DNA of 54,787 nucleotides from a virus (Duplodnaviria; Caudoviricetes): IMG/VR virus record IMGVR_UViG_3300018719_000035, positions 1 to 54,787 of that record; one strand, 5' to 3'. Shown piece by piece: positions 27,418 to 35,035 of this stretch (position 1 is its first letter; each line of letters starts with the position of its first letter). The notes under the pieces were generated by a model. It saw only the letters and a program-made list of their open reading frames with translations, ran no database searches and was not told where the DNA came from. The position numbers and the translations under genes were made by a program.

Positions 27418-27655
27418 GTCTCTCAGCTCTTTTCTTGGCCCAAAAATCCTTCCAGGCCTGGTGTCTCTGTTCGGGCGTGATCGCCCTGCTGTATCGTCCG
27501 CCCTTCCACGCACCGTTGCGCTCGCCTGTAGGAGCCCCGCTGCCAGGAGCGCCGCCATGGAGCCGGCATCTGCGCTTGCCAGGGGTCGGAGAGCGCCTGC
27601 ACGGCTCTCCTGAGCGGGTTTTCGCGCCACATTGGCGAGTTTCGGCTTCATCCAT
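27407..27655 (-). CDS. HGGxSTG-like zinc-knuckle protein at the terS-equivalent position
   Basis: CGAKTRSGEPC...RCRLHGG...GAP.G..NGAWK.GRYS. Confidence 0.8.
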   Translation of the reverse strand: MDEAETRQCGAKTRSGEPCRRSPTPGKRRCRLHGGAPGSGAPTGERNGAWKGGRYSRAITPEQRHQAWKDFWAKKRAERHDN

Positions 27656-27666
27656 GGGGTTGATCC

Positions 27667-27755
27667 GAACTTTTTTCTGAAATTTGCGGCATCGCGTGTT
27701 TGACTGAGGGCGCCGGTCCAGGGCCGGAGGCCTCTAGACTTTTCGCCCTCCCCCC
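27667..27755. other. Satellite copy of the helper cos-like packaging region
   Basis: About 90-bp near-copy of 34897-34985, including identical TGAGGGCGCCGGTCC and TCTAGACTTT blocks. Confidence 0.8.
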
Positions 27756-27798
27756 GTCACAGTTCCGCTTAATCGTGATCAGGCTGGGGGCAGCACCA

Positions 27799-27999
27799 TT
27801 GAAAGACCTAATCGGATCGCTCTGCACGCTCGTGTTCATTTGCATTTTCTTGCCGTTCAAGATCGCTTTTGACTTAGTGGTCATGCCGGGCGCGCTGGCT
27901 GCTGGTAATTTCAGGCGCGGCGATACCTTTGGAGGATGTCTGATGCTCCTTTGGTACTGGCCATTTGTGGTCATTCCCCTTGCTCTCATGAGTAGGTGA
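27799..27999 (+). CDS. Small hydrophobic opposite-strand ORF
   Basis: TTG start after GGGGG; two hydrophobic stretches. Confidence 0.45.
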   Translation: MKDLIGSLCTLVFICIFLPFKIAFDLVVMPGALAAGNFRRGDTFGGCLMLLWYWPFVVIPLALMSR

Positions 28000-28076
28000 G
28001 CACTGGTCCTGTGGATCGCCTCCACAGAACCAGCGCTGAGCAGCGCGACGGGGGGAGCATGCCGCGCTGCCATTGG

Positions 28077-29282
28077 TTAGGCTACTAGGCCGAAGTCGCC
28101 GTAGGTCAGCGCCTTGGTTTCCTTCACGGCAAGGCCGATCCGCTCCTCTGCCAGCACGGCCACGAGGTTACGGGTGAAGAAGTCCGCGTGCTCGGTCGAG
28201 ACTTCGACCCGAGGTGCCCAACGGTCATAGAGGGTTGCCGCCGCCTGGAAGTTACCGACGAGGAACTTATCGACCGTCATCGCAGGCGTGGCGATTACCG
28301 GCAGGCCAAAGAGTACCGGGGCAACGTTGGCGCCGGGAGCCCCAAGAATGTAGTTGCCGTCTGCATCCTTCAGCAGGCGCATGCGCATCCAATCAGACGG
28401 GTGCATGATGATGCCATCGGCCGGCAAATCAGCGAGCGCGTTCTGCAGGATCGCAAGGCCGATGATGTCGATGAGGTTCGGGCTCGTGACATTGATAGGA
28501 GCCACGTATGGCGTGGCTTGTGGAACCATGCCGAGGAGGTGCTGCCCTGTGCCGTCACCATAGAGCAGCTCGGACTCCTCTTTCAGCTCCAGGCCATAGC
28601 GCAGCTCGGTATCGATCAGGCCCATGAGCTGTGGGGCATCATCGAGGATCTGGCGAGAGGCCGGTACCCAATGCGCGATGGTGCGAATGGGCGTGGTCAC
28701 AAGCTCGAAGGCGTAGCCGCTCTCCGGCTTCTGCGCTCCCTCAGCCACTACATCGGCGTTATTCGTGCGGCCGGTCTGCTTTGGATATTCGACGCTGCCA
28801 CTCGACACTCCAATGGTCGGCAAGAGGTTTCGGATGACCATACGCCGCTTTGGCATCGTCACGAGGGTGTCGCGTTGGGCAGGAGCAAGCGCACCGCCCG
28901 AGGTGTCCGCCGACGTGATCGTAGCTTTCACTTCCATACGGAAGCGGCCTGGGCGGGAGTGATCGTTAGCGAAGGACTTCAGCTCGGGGGCATCAACAAA
29001 CTGCTCGCCCCAGGTCTTAGGCTTGGATGGCTGGCCGCCGTAGTGTGCCCCGCGCGCCATCTTCTGCTCGATCTCCAGCATACGGGCGTCGAGCTCGGCA
29101 TTCTTGATGCCTGCCTCTTCCAGAGCTGCCCGCACGTCCTTGTTCAGGCCCTTGAACTCGCGCACCAGCTCAGACACGCCGCCGCCCTCATTGGGCTTGT
29201 CGAGGAGGATCCGGGGGCCAACAGCGCACGAGGCGAGGAAGGCAATGCCGCCCGCAGCGGGCATAGTGGGAAGGGTCTTCAT
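28077..29282 (-). CDS. Satellite major capsid protein, HK97 fold
   Basis: TIAHWVPASRQILDD, LLYGDGTG and NLVAVLAEERIGL motifs; ATG at 29282 (alternative GTG at 29288). Confidence 0.95.
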   Translation of the reverse strand: MKTLPTMPAAGGIAFLASCAVGPRILLDKPNEGGGVSELVREFKGLNKDVRAALEEAGIKNAELDARMLEIEQKMARGAHYGGQPSKPKTWGEQFVDAPELKSFANDHSRPGRFRMEVKATITSADTSGGALAPAQRDTLVTMPKRRMVIRNLLPTIGVSSGSVEYPKQTGRTNNADVVAEGAQKPESGYAFELVTTPIRTIAHWVPASRQILDDAPQLMGLIDTELRYGLELKEESELLYGDGTGQHLLGMVPQATPYVAPINVTSPNLIDIIGLAILQNALADLPADGIIMHPSDWMRMRLLKDADGNYILGAPGANVAPVLFGLPVIATPAMTVDKFLVGNFQAAATLYDRWAPRVEVSTEHADFFTRNLVAVLAEERIGLAVKETKALTYGDFGLVA

Positions 29283-29284
29283 GG

Positions 29285-29992
29285 TCACTTTCCTTTCAGA
29301 GACTTGATGTCGAGCCGGGCGGCCTTCACGAGGTGCGCAAGCTCATCGATTGCAGGATCTGGCTGGGGTTCGTCCTCATCGCCGCTCAATGCCGGCCATC
29401 CGCCAGACATGAGCTTTTTGACCGCCCGTCCGGGCAGGTGCTCTCGGAGGATTTCTTCAAGCTCGGCTCGCGAGCTGAATGATTTGACGGCTGTGATCCC
29501 GGCGCGGCGTTGGGCCGGGATGGTCACGAGCGACACCTCGCGAAGATCGATAGCCTTCAGGGTGCGGGTGCCGTCATTGTTGCGGACATAGCCGTCAGGG
29601 TAGATCGAATAGCCGATGGAAAGGCCGCGAATATCACCGGCCTTTACATGGGCATGTGCCCGTCTCCCGGCCTCGGTTTCAAGGTTGAGGGACCCGCGGA
29701 CAAACAAGCCGCGCTCGTCTTCCTTGGCCTCTGTCCATCTACCGATAGGCTCGCGGGGATCGTGCCCCCAGAGCATCACAGGCAACGTTCCGTCCCGCCG
29801 ATGCTCGGCAAGGCTCTTGGCATAGGCGCCCGGCGCGATGATGTCGCCATAGCTGTCAGGGGCGCCGCCGAAGTAGGACGCATAGCCTTCGATCGTGCCG
29901 GTATTGGCCTTGTCGCTCGCCAGCTTGATCTCAAGCGGGGTCGATGCGTGGAGGTAAGTGGACAGGTCTTCTTTCGTGAAAAGTTTGGTCAT
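29285..29992 (-). CDS. Satellite prohead protease (HK97 family)
   Basis: IEGYASYFG, MLWGHD, GLSIGY and LREVSLVTIPA motifs; ATG at 29992. Confidence 0.93.
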   Translation of the reverse strand: MTKLFTKEDLSTYLHASTPLEIKLASDKANTGTIEGYASYFGGAPDSYGDIIAPGAYAKSLAEHRRDGTLPVMLWGHDPREPIGRWTEAKEDERGLFVRGSLNLETEAGRRAHAHVKAGDIRGLSIGYSIYPDGYVRNNDGTRTLKAIDLREVSLVTIPAQRRAGITAVKSFSSRAELEEILREHLPGRAVKKLMSGGWPALSGDEDEPQPDPAIDELAHLVKAARLDIKSLKGK

Positions 29993-30152
29993 CGAGCACC
30001 TTCGGCAGGCATCAAAGCAAAGGGCCAGTAAGACCCGTTTTGGCTCTGAGCAGCGCGCCAGGCGCATGCCGTAGAGGTGTCATTGGAGAGGGGCAGCGCG
30101 AAGCATACCGGCTCGATGACAACTCTATAACTAGCATGCGCCCTGCGCGGTT

Positions 30153-30416
30153 TCAATGCTTGGGTTGGGCTTCAGCGGCGTCTGCCTGTTGAGCAAGGCC
30201 CATTGCCAACAGGTAAAGCTCACGACCGGTGTTTCGTGCGCCCCGTGCTTCGGTCAGGACATTCACACCTACAGACACGAAGGCCGTTCCCAGGTCTTCC
30301 GGCTTGTAGCCCCTCGCCTCCAGATCGATGCGAGCCTGAGACAGGATAAAGAGCACTTCATCGAGCGGGCTTTTCACCATCTCGGCAGGCACTTCGAGAG
30401 TGTTCTCGTTCGTCAT
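30153..30416 (-). CDS. Small hypothetical protein
   Basis: AAAGGA RBS before ATG at 30416; 87 aa. Confidence 0.7.
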   Translation of the reverse strand: MTNENTLEVPAEMVKSPLDEVLFILSQARIDLEARGYKPEDLGTAFVSVGVNVLTEARGARNTGRELYLLAMGLAQQADAAEAQPKH

Positions 30417-30508
30417 TGTCTTTCCTTTCATGAATTGGGGCGAAGTGGCGTTCGTCGCAGAGGCGTCCCCATCCCCCCACGCGTGCAGGCGCATGCGTGC
30501 GAGGGGGG

Positions 30509-30790
30509 CTATCCGCTCTCGCACCTCATTTGCTTGTGCCTCTGCTTGTGGTGGCGTCGGCAAAGCCACCGCACCTTGAGGGGCTGGCTGTAATCCTCGT
30601 GATGGGCGTCCACGTTCTTCATGGTCCCGCACACCGCGCACGGTTGCCGATTTAGCGCGCCCGTCCTCATGGCCTTTTGGACTGCGAGGTGAGCGCTCCG
30701 TTTTTCGGGGTTGCGTGAGCGCCAATTGTGCTGAGCGGTGAAGCGGACGTGCAAAAGCCCGTCGCGGCGTGAGCCTCGTTCCTGGGTCAT
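30509..30790 (-). CDS. HNH-like zinc-binding protein
   Basis: PCAVCG....DAHHEDYSQPLKVRWLCRRHH. Confidence 0.75.
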   Translation of the reverse strand: MTQERGSRRDGLLHVRFTAQHNWRSRNPEKRSAHLAVQKAMRTGALNRQPCAVCGTMKNVDAHHEDYSQPLKVRWLCRRHHKQRHKQMRCESG

Positions 30791-30818
30791 CTCGATACCT
30801 GCTGAAAACAAAAAGCCG

Positions 30819-30918
30819 GGGGCGTTTTCGCCCCTTATCCGGGGGCGCTATCGCCCCTTCTCAAAGCCATGGGCCAGGGGCGATTTTGCCCCTACAGTCC
30901 TAGGGGCGCTATTGCCCC
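30819..30918. repeat. Four 16-bp quasi-palindromic iterons (putative satellite origin)
   Basis: GGGGCG-N4-YGCCCC at 30819, 30842, 30877 and 30903. Confidence 0.7.
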
Positions 30919-31366
30919 TACTTTCTAGATCTCGGGAGGGGGCAGCTTTCAGAGCTTCCAACACGGCAAGCGCATGCTCGTCCGTGCTGATCCTCTGCCA
31001 TTCATCTGTCGGGGCCTCGCTCCGGCCTCGCCCATGAACATAGGTGAGCCGATAGAGAGAGGGTGTCCTGAACTCGGCCACTGATCGACGGCCCTGCCTT
31101 GTGACCTCAAGAAACCCGAGGGCTACACATTGACGGATAGCCAGCGCAATCGACTTGCGCCGAATGCCTGCCTTTTCGAAGTCGGCATAGGTGCAGGGCA
31201 GCCGGCCATTCTCAGCGCTTCCATGCCTCATGTGTTCGAGTTCCAAGCGGTCGAGGATGCGCCGGGCATTGTCCGGCAGATGCCTCCATGCCGGAGCCTC
31301 CCTCATGTCGCGGCGATGGGCGATGAACTGTTGCCCGATGCTGTTGCGTCGTCTCTTTGCGCTCAT
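30848..31366 (-). CDS. wHTH replication-initiator-like protein
   Basis: AWRHL...ARRIL...ENGRL..TY.DF...GI....I..AI.....LGFLEVTRQG; iterons at its 3' end. Confidence 0.65.
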   Translation of the reverse strand: MSAKRRRNSIGQQFIAHRRDMREAPAWRHLPDNARRILDRLELEHMRHGSAENGRLPCTYADFEKAGIRRKSIALAIRQCVALGFLEVTRQGRRSVAEFRTPSLYRLTYVHGRGRSEAPTDEWQRISTDEHALAVLEALKAAPSRDLESRGNSAPRTVGAKSPLAHGFEKGR

Positions 31367-31389
31367 TCCGCGCCTCCGGTCCGCTGGGC

Positions 31390-31641
31390 TTACCGGGGAG
31401 CAGGAGAGACAAGGCCGAGGCTTTCAGCTTGGTCCCTCGCCTCACCAATGGCGCGGGCAATCTCAGGCAGGAGGTCAACACGAAAGGCGAGCCCGGACTT
31501 AGAGGGCCGCATCGCCCCATCGGAAGCCTTAAACCAGACCCTAACATGCGCGACCGAATGGCCTTGATACTCCCCCAGGCTGACCCGGATCTCTTCGCGG
31601 GAGTTTTTGCGAATAGTGGCGATAGGGGCCTCATCGGTCAT
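31390..31641 (-). CDS. PC4/p15-family ssDNA-binding protein
   Basis: IRKNSREEIRVSLGEYQG...HVRVWF.....MRPSKSGL. Confidence 0.85.
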   Translation of the reverse strand: MTDEAPIATIRKNSREEIRVSLGEYQGHSVAHVRVWFKASDGAMRPSKSGLAFRVDLLPEIARAIGEARDQAESLGLVSPAPR

Positions 31642-31853
31642 GCTGCTTCTCCTTTCGCCGCCTTCGCCTCACGCTCGGCAATTTCAGCGATCCAGGCGCG
31701 CACCTTCGATCTGTGAGCACAGACCGTCCGCCCGATTTTAAATGTCGGCAGTCCGTGCTTCTCCTTCAGGTGATAGACCTGCCGCGGCTTCCACTTGAAG
31801 GCTTCAGCGATGGCCGGAACGCCATACAAAAGGTCATCATTTTCACTCGTCAT
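31638..31853 (-). CDS. AlpA/excisionase-like DNA-binding protein
   Basis: LLYGVPAIAEAF...RQVYHL...GLPTFKIG...A.RS.V.AWI; first gene after att. Confidence 0.75.
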   Translation of the reverse strand: MTSENDDLLYGVPAIAEAFKWKPRQVYHLKEKHGLPTFKIGRTVCAHRSKVRAWIAEIAEREAKAAKGEAA

Positions 31854-32013
31854 TTGTTGTCCTTTCTTGCGTAAGTTTTGCGCAACGGAGACGCCGGAAA
31901 GCTGTGTTATCCGGCGCTAAGTCTTTGTAATCATTGATAGCGATAGGAAGCGCGCACATTGCGCAAAAAAGGGCGCATTTAGCGCCCTAAGTTATTGGTG
32001 ACTATGTAGAATT

Positions 32014-32874
32014 TTAGTCTCTCTGCGGAGTTACACCGAAGAATCGGCAGATTTCCTCAACCGAGAAGCCCCGGCTCTGCAGCATCTGGGCATCCTCGGG
32101 ATTGATCGTGAGTTGCGCCCACTTCGTGCCGCCTTCCAGCACCAGAGGGCGGCCGGCATTCATGGCGCCGAAGAACTTCTCAGCGAGCTTGTCCTCGATG
32201 ATCTTGCGCTGATCCTCTTTCAGGAACGCCTCGAACGTCAGGACGCCCGAAGGCCGCAGCCCATTGCGGAACGTGCTGCCGGCCGCCTTGTCGATAGCCA
32301 GAGAGAGCCCGAAGACCTGGCGCCCGAATGCCAGCGTGGACATGCCGCCGAGAGGATTCCCGCCGAAGCCGCGGATGTGCAGAACGTCCTTGTCCGTCAG
32401 CACATAGGACTTGCCGTCCTGGGTCCAGCGATACTCAAGAGAGCCATTCTCAAGCCGCCGCACTGACGGGAGATCCGGTTGGATGGGGTCAAGGGCAACG
32501 ATCCGCCCTCGCTCCCATATCTTGCGGGAATAGGCATTGCCCCAGAGTTCAATCGAAGCCGCCTTGAACTCCCAATAATCGACCGCCGTCTGGTCAAAAT
32601 TCGGGCTGTCGTGCAGGAGCCGGTAAAGCGGATGATCCTTCGCAACCTCACGGGCTCCGTCCGCCTTGGTCCGGTAGACCATGAGTGGCAGGGAAGCGAT
32701 CGTGCCGGCGAGCAGGTTCACACAGGCCCAGGCGGCCGACAGACCGAGCACGCTCGGGGCGTTGACGCCCTCCCCGGCATGACTCTCGCCGCCGTGGTCG
32801 CGCCATCCTGTCGGGTCCGTCAGAGAGAGCGGCCGGCGGACGAAGAAGTTCGCCATCTTCTGAAGCAGTTTCAC
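32014..32874 (-). pseudogene. Portal protein, 5' part (truncated after EICRFFGV by the insertion)
   Basis: HK97 portal motifs AWACVNLLAGTIASLP, WGNAY, VLHIRG and EDAQMLQSR; ends in foreign TPQRD-stop. Confidence 0.94.
32033..32043. repeat. Satellite att core, AlpA-proximal copy
   Basis: ACACCGAAGAA, identical to 21178-21188. Confidence 0.9.
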
Positions 32875-34574
32875 GCCGCACCCACCAAGCTAGCCAGATA
32901 GTCGTCCAAAGTGCCGCCGCTTTCTTCTTTCCGGTCGCGGGATTTGAGGCCGAGCGCCATCGTGAGCGCCACCGCGCCGTCAATGCGGAACCGGGCCTTG
33001 TTCTTGTCGATCTTGCGCCCGCCTGCCGGATCTGTGACCGCGACCGCGTTCGCCATGTTCCAGTTCAGAACCGGGTTGTTGCCGTGGATCAGCTTCCGGT
33101 CGATCACCGCCAGTTCCATCGCGTCGATAGCCGGCGTCATGTCTTTGAACCCCTGCCCCCAAGGAATAATCCGCAGCCCGTCGCCCTTCTCGCCGTCCTT
33201 GTGAGCGGCGAAGTCGATGCGGTCGAACTCCTTGATCAGGTCGTCAATCCGCCAGCGGTCATAGGCCATGCCAAGGACGCGGTAGCGGCCGCAGAGATCC
33301 GCGATGTGGCGGGCGATCACTTCCTTGTCGATCGAGCGGCCCGGGGTCGCCAGAAGGTGCCCCTGCTTGTGCCACTCGACAAAGCGGTGGTTGCCCCGGC
33401 CAAAGTCCCGGTTTGAATGCTCCTCGAGGAAGTCTTTCGGTTTCCAAAGGAAGGGCTGCACCCGGCTCGGGTCACTTGCGCTGACCATCACGAGGGCGGT
33501 CAGGTCGTTGATCGAGGACAGGTCTAAGCCGAGATAGACCTCCTCGCCCTCTTCAATCGTGGCATCTCCCTTGCAGGCCATCCATTCGGCCCGGGAGATC
33601 AGCGAAGCGACCGGTGCTACGCGCTGGTTGAGGTAGAGGTTCCGAAACTTCGGCTCCTCTGCCGGCATGCGTTTGGCCTTGTCGGCAATCGCCTTCAGAT
33701 CCTCGAAAGACCGGAAGTCACCAAGAGCCGGGTTCGCCAGCTCCCAACACTTCGGATCGAAAATGTCCTCCTGCTCCTCCGGAACAGCGTAGAGATGGCA
33801 GACGATAGTCGGGTCTTTCGCGCCCAGGCCGTCGTCAATGAGCTTCGACAGGATGTGCTCAGGGTCGTTGCTCTGCGTCGAGATCGTTACAAAGAGCGGC
33901 TCCGCACGAGCACCCATCGAAGTATCAAGAACGTCGTAAAGTTCGCGATCTTTCGCTTGAGCCAGCTCGTCAAAGATGACGAAACTCGGGTTGAGGCCAT
34001 GTTTTGTGCCTGCCTCTGCTGAAATGGCTTTGTAGAATGACCCATTGCTATAGCAGGCAATAGTTTTCGTTGAGTCAACGCAGCGGAGCATGGCTGAAAG
34101 CTCGGGATCCGCCTTAACGATCTGCGAAGCGACCTTGTAGACCTGCCCTGCCTGCTCCCGGTCGTTCGCCGCGGAATAGATTTCCCCGTTCTGGATCGCC
34201 TCGGGCCCGACCAGATGGACGAGCACGAGAGCCGCAATCAGAGCCGTCTTACCGTTCTTTCGGGCAATCGAGAGGATGGCCCGCCGAACTTGGCGCCGAT
34301 ACTGCCCCTTGGTGAGAGCGTGCGGCTCGTAGATGTCCCGGATGAACTGCTTCTGCCATTCCCGGAGGACAAACGGGCCGCCTGCCCCCTCGCCGCTCGG
34401 AACCGTCAATGCCTCGATGAAGGCAATGACTCGGGCTGCCCGATCAGGCCGTCGAACTTGCTCCTTGGCTTGCTTTCGGGAAGTTGCAGAGCGGCCCTTG
34501 CCTTTGGATCCAGCCCGAGGCGGTCGCCCCACGATCTCATTTCCTCGGACATGGCCTTCAGTATGCGAAACCAT
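32871..34574 (-). CDS. terL: Terminase large subunit
   Basis: Walker A ARKNGKT, Walker B VIFDE, nuclease GLDLS and RIDGAVA; start uncertain (GTG at 34532 plausible). Confidence 0.95.
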   Translation of the reverse strand: MVSHTEGHVRGNEIVGRPPRAGSKGKGRSATSRKQAKEQVRRPDRAARVIAFIEALTVPSGEGAGGPFVLREWQKQFIRDIYEPHALTKGQYRRQVRRAILSIARKNGKTALIAALVLVHLVGPEAIQNGEIYSAANDREQAGQVYKVASQIVKADPELSAMLRCVDSTKTIACYSNGSFYKAISAEAGTKHGLNPSFVIFDELAQAKDRELYDVLDTSMGARAEPLFVTISTQSNDPEHILSKLIDDGLGAKDPTIVCHLYAVPEEQEDIFDPKCWELANPALGDFRSFEDLKAIADKAKRMPAEEPKFRNLYLNQRVAPVASLISRAEWMACKGDATIEEGEEVYLGLDLSSINDLTALVMVSASDPSRVQPFLWKPKDFLEEHSNRDFGRGNHRFVEWHKQGHLLATPGRSIDKEVIARHIADLCGRYRVLGMAYDRWRIDDLIKEFDRIDFAAHKDGEKGDGLRIIPWGQGFKDMTPAIDAMELAVIDRKLIHGNNPVLNWNMANAVAVTDPAGGRKIDKNKARFRIDGAVALTMALGLKSRDRKEESGGTLDDYLASLVGAA

Positions 34575-34894
34575 GGGTTTGGTTGTTTCTGCCCCTTGCT
34601 CCCGTCTACGACAGGCTCGAAATCAGGGGCGTTCATCTCGTGAGTGGCCCTCTTGTGCCAGGCCCAGGCCGTGGCGAAAGCAGAGAGGGCAAACGTGTCT
34701 ACGGTTGCGTAGGTCTTCGGCGGCATCGAGCGCCGGATCATCTCAATGCAGGCCTGCGCGTCATCATGCAGATGCTCGGGGGCGAAGACCTCCCCGGTGG
34801 CCTCGATCCCGAGATCGACAATCGGCCTCTTCGAAGGGTTGCCCTCGATTTTCCGGATGCTCGCCAGCTTCGGCTTTGGCCCTCGCTTACCCAT
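34406..34894 (-). CDS. terS: Terminase small subunit (P27 family)
   Basis: MGKRGPKPK...EGNPSKR, QPNPW and LGLDPKAR motifs. Confidence 0.92.
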   Translation of the reverse strand: MGKRGPKPKLASIRKIEGNPSKRPIVDLGIEATGEVFAPEHLHDDAQACIEMIRRSMPPKTYATVDTFALSAFATAWAWHKRATHEMNAPDFEPVVDGSKGQKQPNPWFRILKAMSEEMRSWGDRLGLDPKARAALQLPESKPRSKFDGLIGQPESLPSSRH

Positions 34895-34896
34895 TG

Positions 34897-34985
34897 GAAC
34901 TTTTTCTGAAAACTTGCGGCATTTCGCGTTTGATTGAGGGCGCCGGTCCTAGTCGGAAGAGTTCTAGACTTTCGACCACCCCCCC
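34897..34985. other. Helper cos-like packaging region
   Basis: Non-coding, directly upstream of terS and downstream of HNH, where cos lies in HK97-like phages; duplicated in the satellite. Confidence 0.7.
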
Positions 34986-35035
34986 ATGGTACAACTGACA
35001 GCGCGATACAACGTGGTCACAAGGAGGAGACGATC

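Larger units (their letters stand above)
21178..32043 (-). mobile_element. Nested capsid- and tape-measure-encoding phage satellite integrated in the portal gene (10,855-bp unit)
   Basis: Terminal 11-bp direct repeat; own integrase at one end and AlpA/Xis-like gene at the other; excision rejoins the portal in frame. Confidence 0.93.

Noticed and set aside
28188-29591. 467-aa plus-strand ORF in the satellite
   Set aside because: It is an antisense shadow of the capsid and protease genes.
21178-32043. Calling the insert a canonical cf-PICI, or simply a decayed prophage
   Set aside because: It lacks the portal, TerL and adaptors that define cf-PICIs, and it has a tape measure gene. Its ORFs, att cores and cos copy look intact, with no obvious gene remnants. 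A deletion-derived origin cannot be fully excluded.
20790-32874. Two adjacent or tandem prophages, or a misassembly, as the explanation for duplicated capsid, protease and tape measure genes
   Set aside because: The portal halves rejoin exactly in frame at an 11-bp direct repeat next to an integrase, which fits site-specific insertion much better. Raw reads would still be needed to exclude an assembly artefact formally.
34897-34911. GAAC-N7-GAAA as a LexA box before terS
   Set aside because: It has one mismatch, the spacing changes to N8 in the satellite copy, and it is better explained as part of the packaging region.
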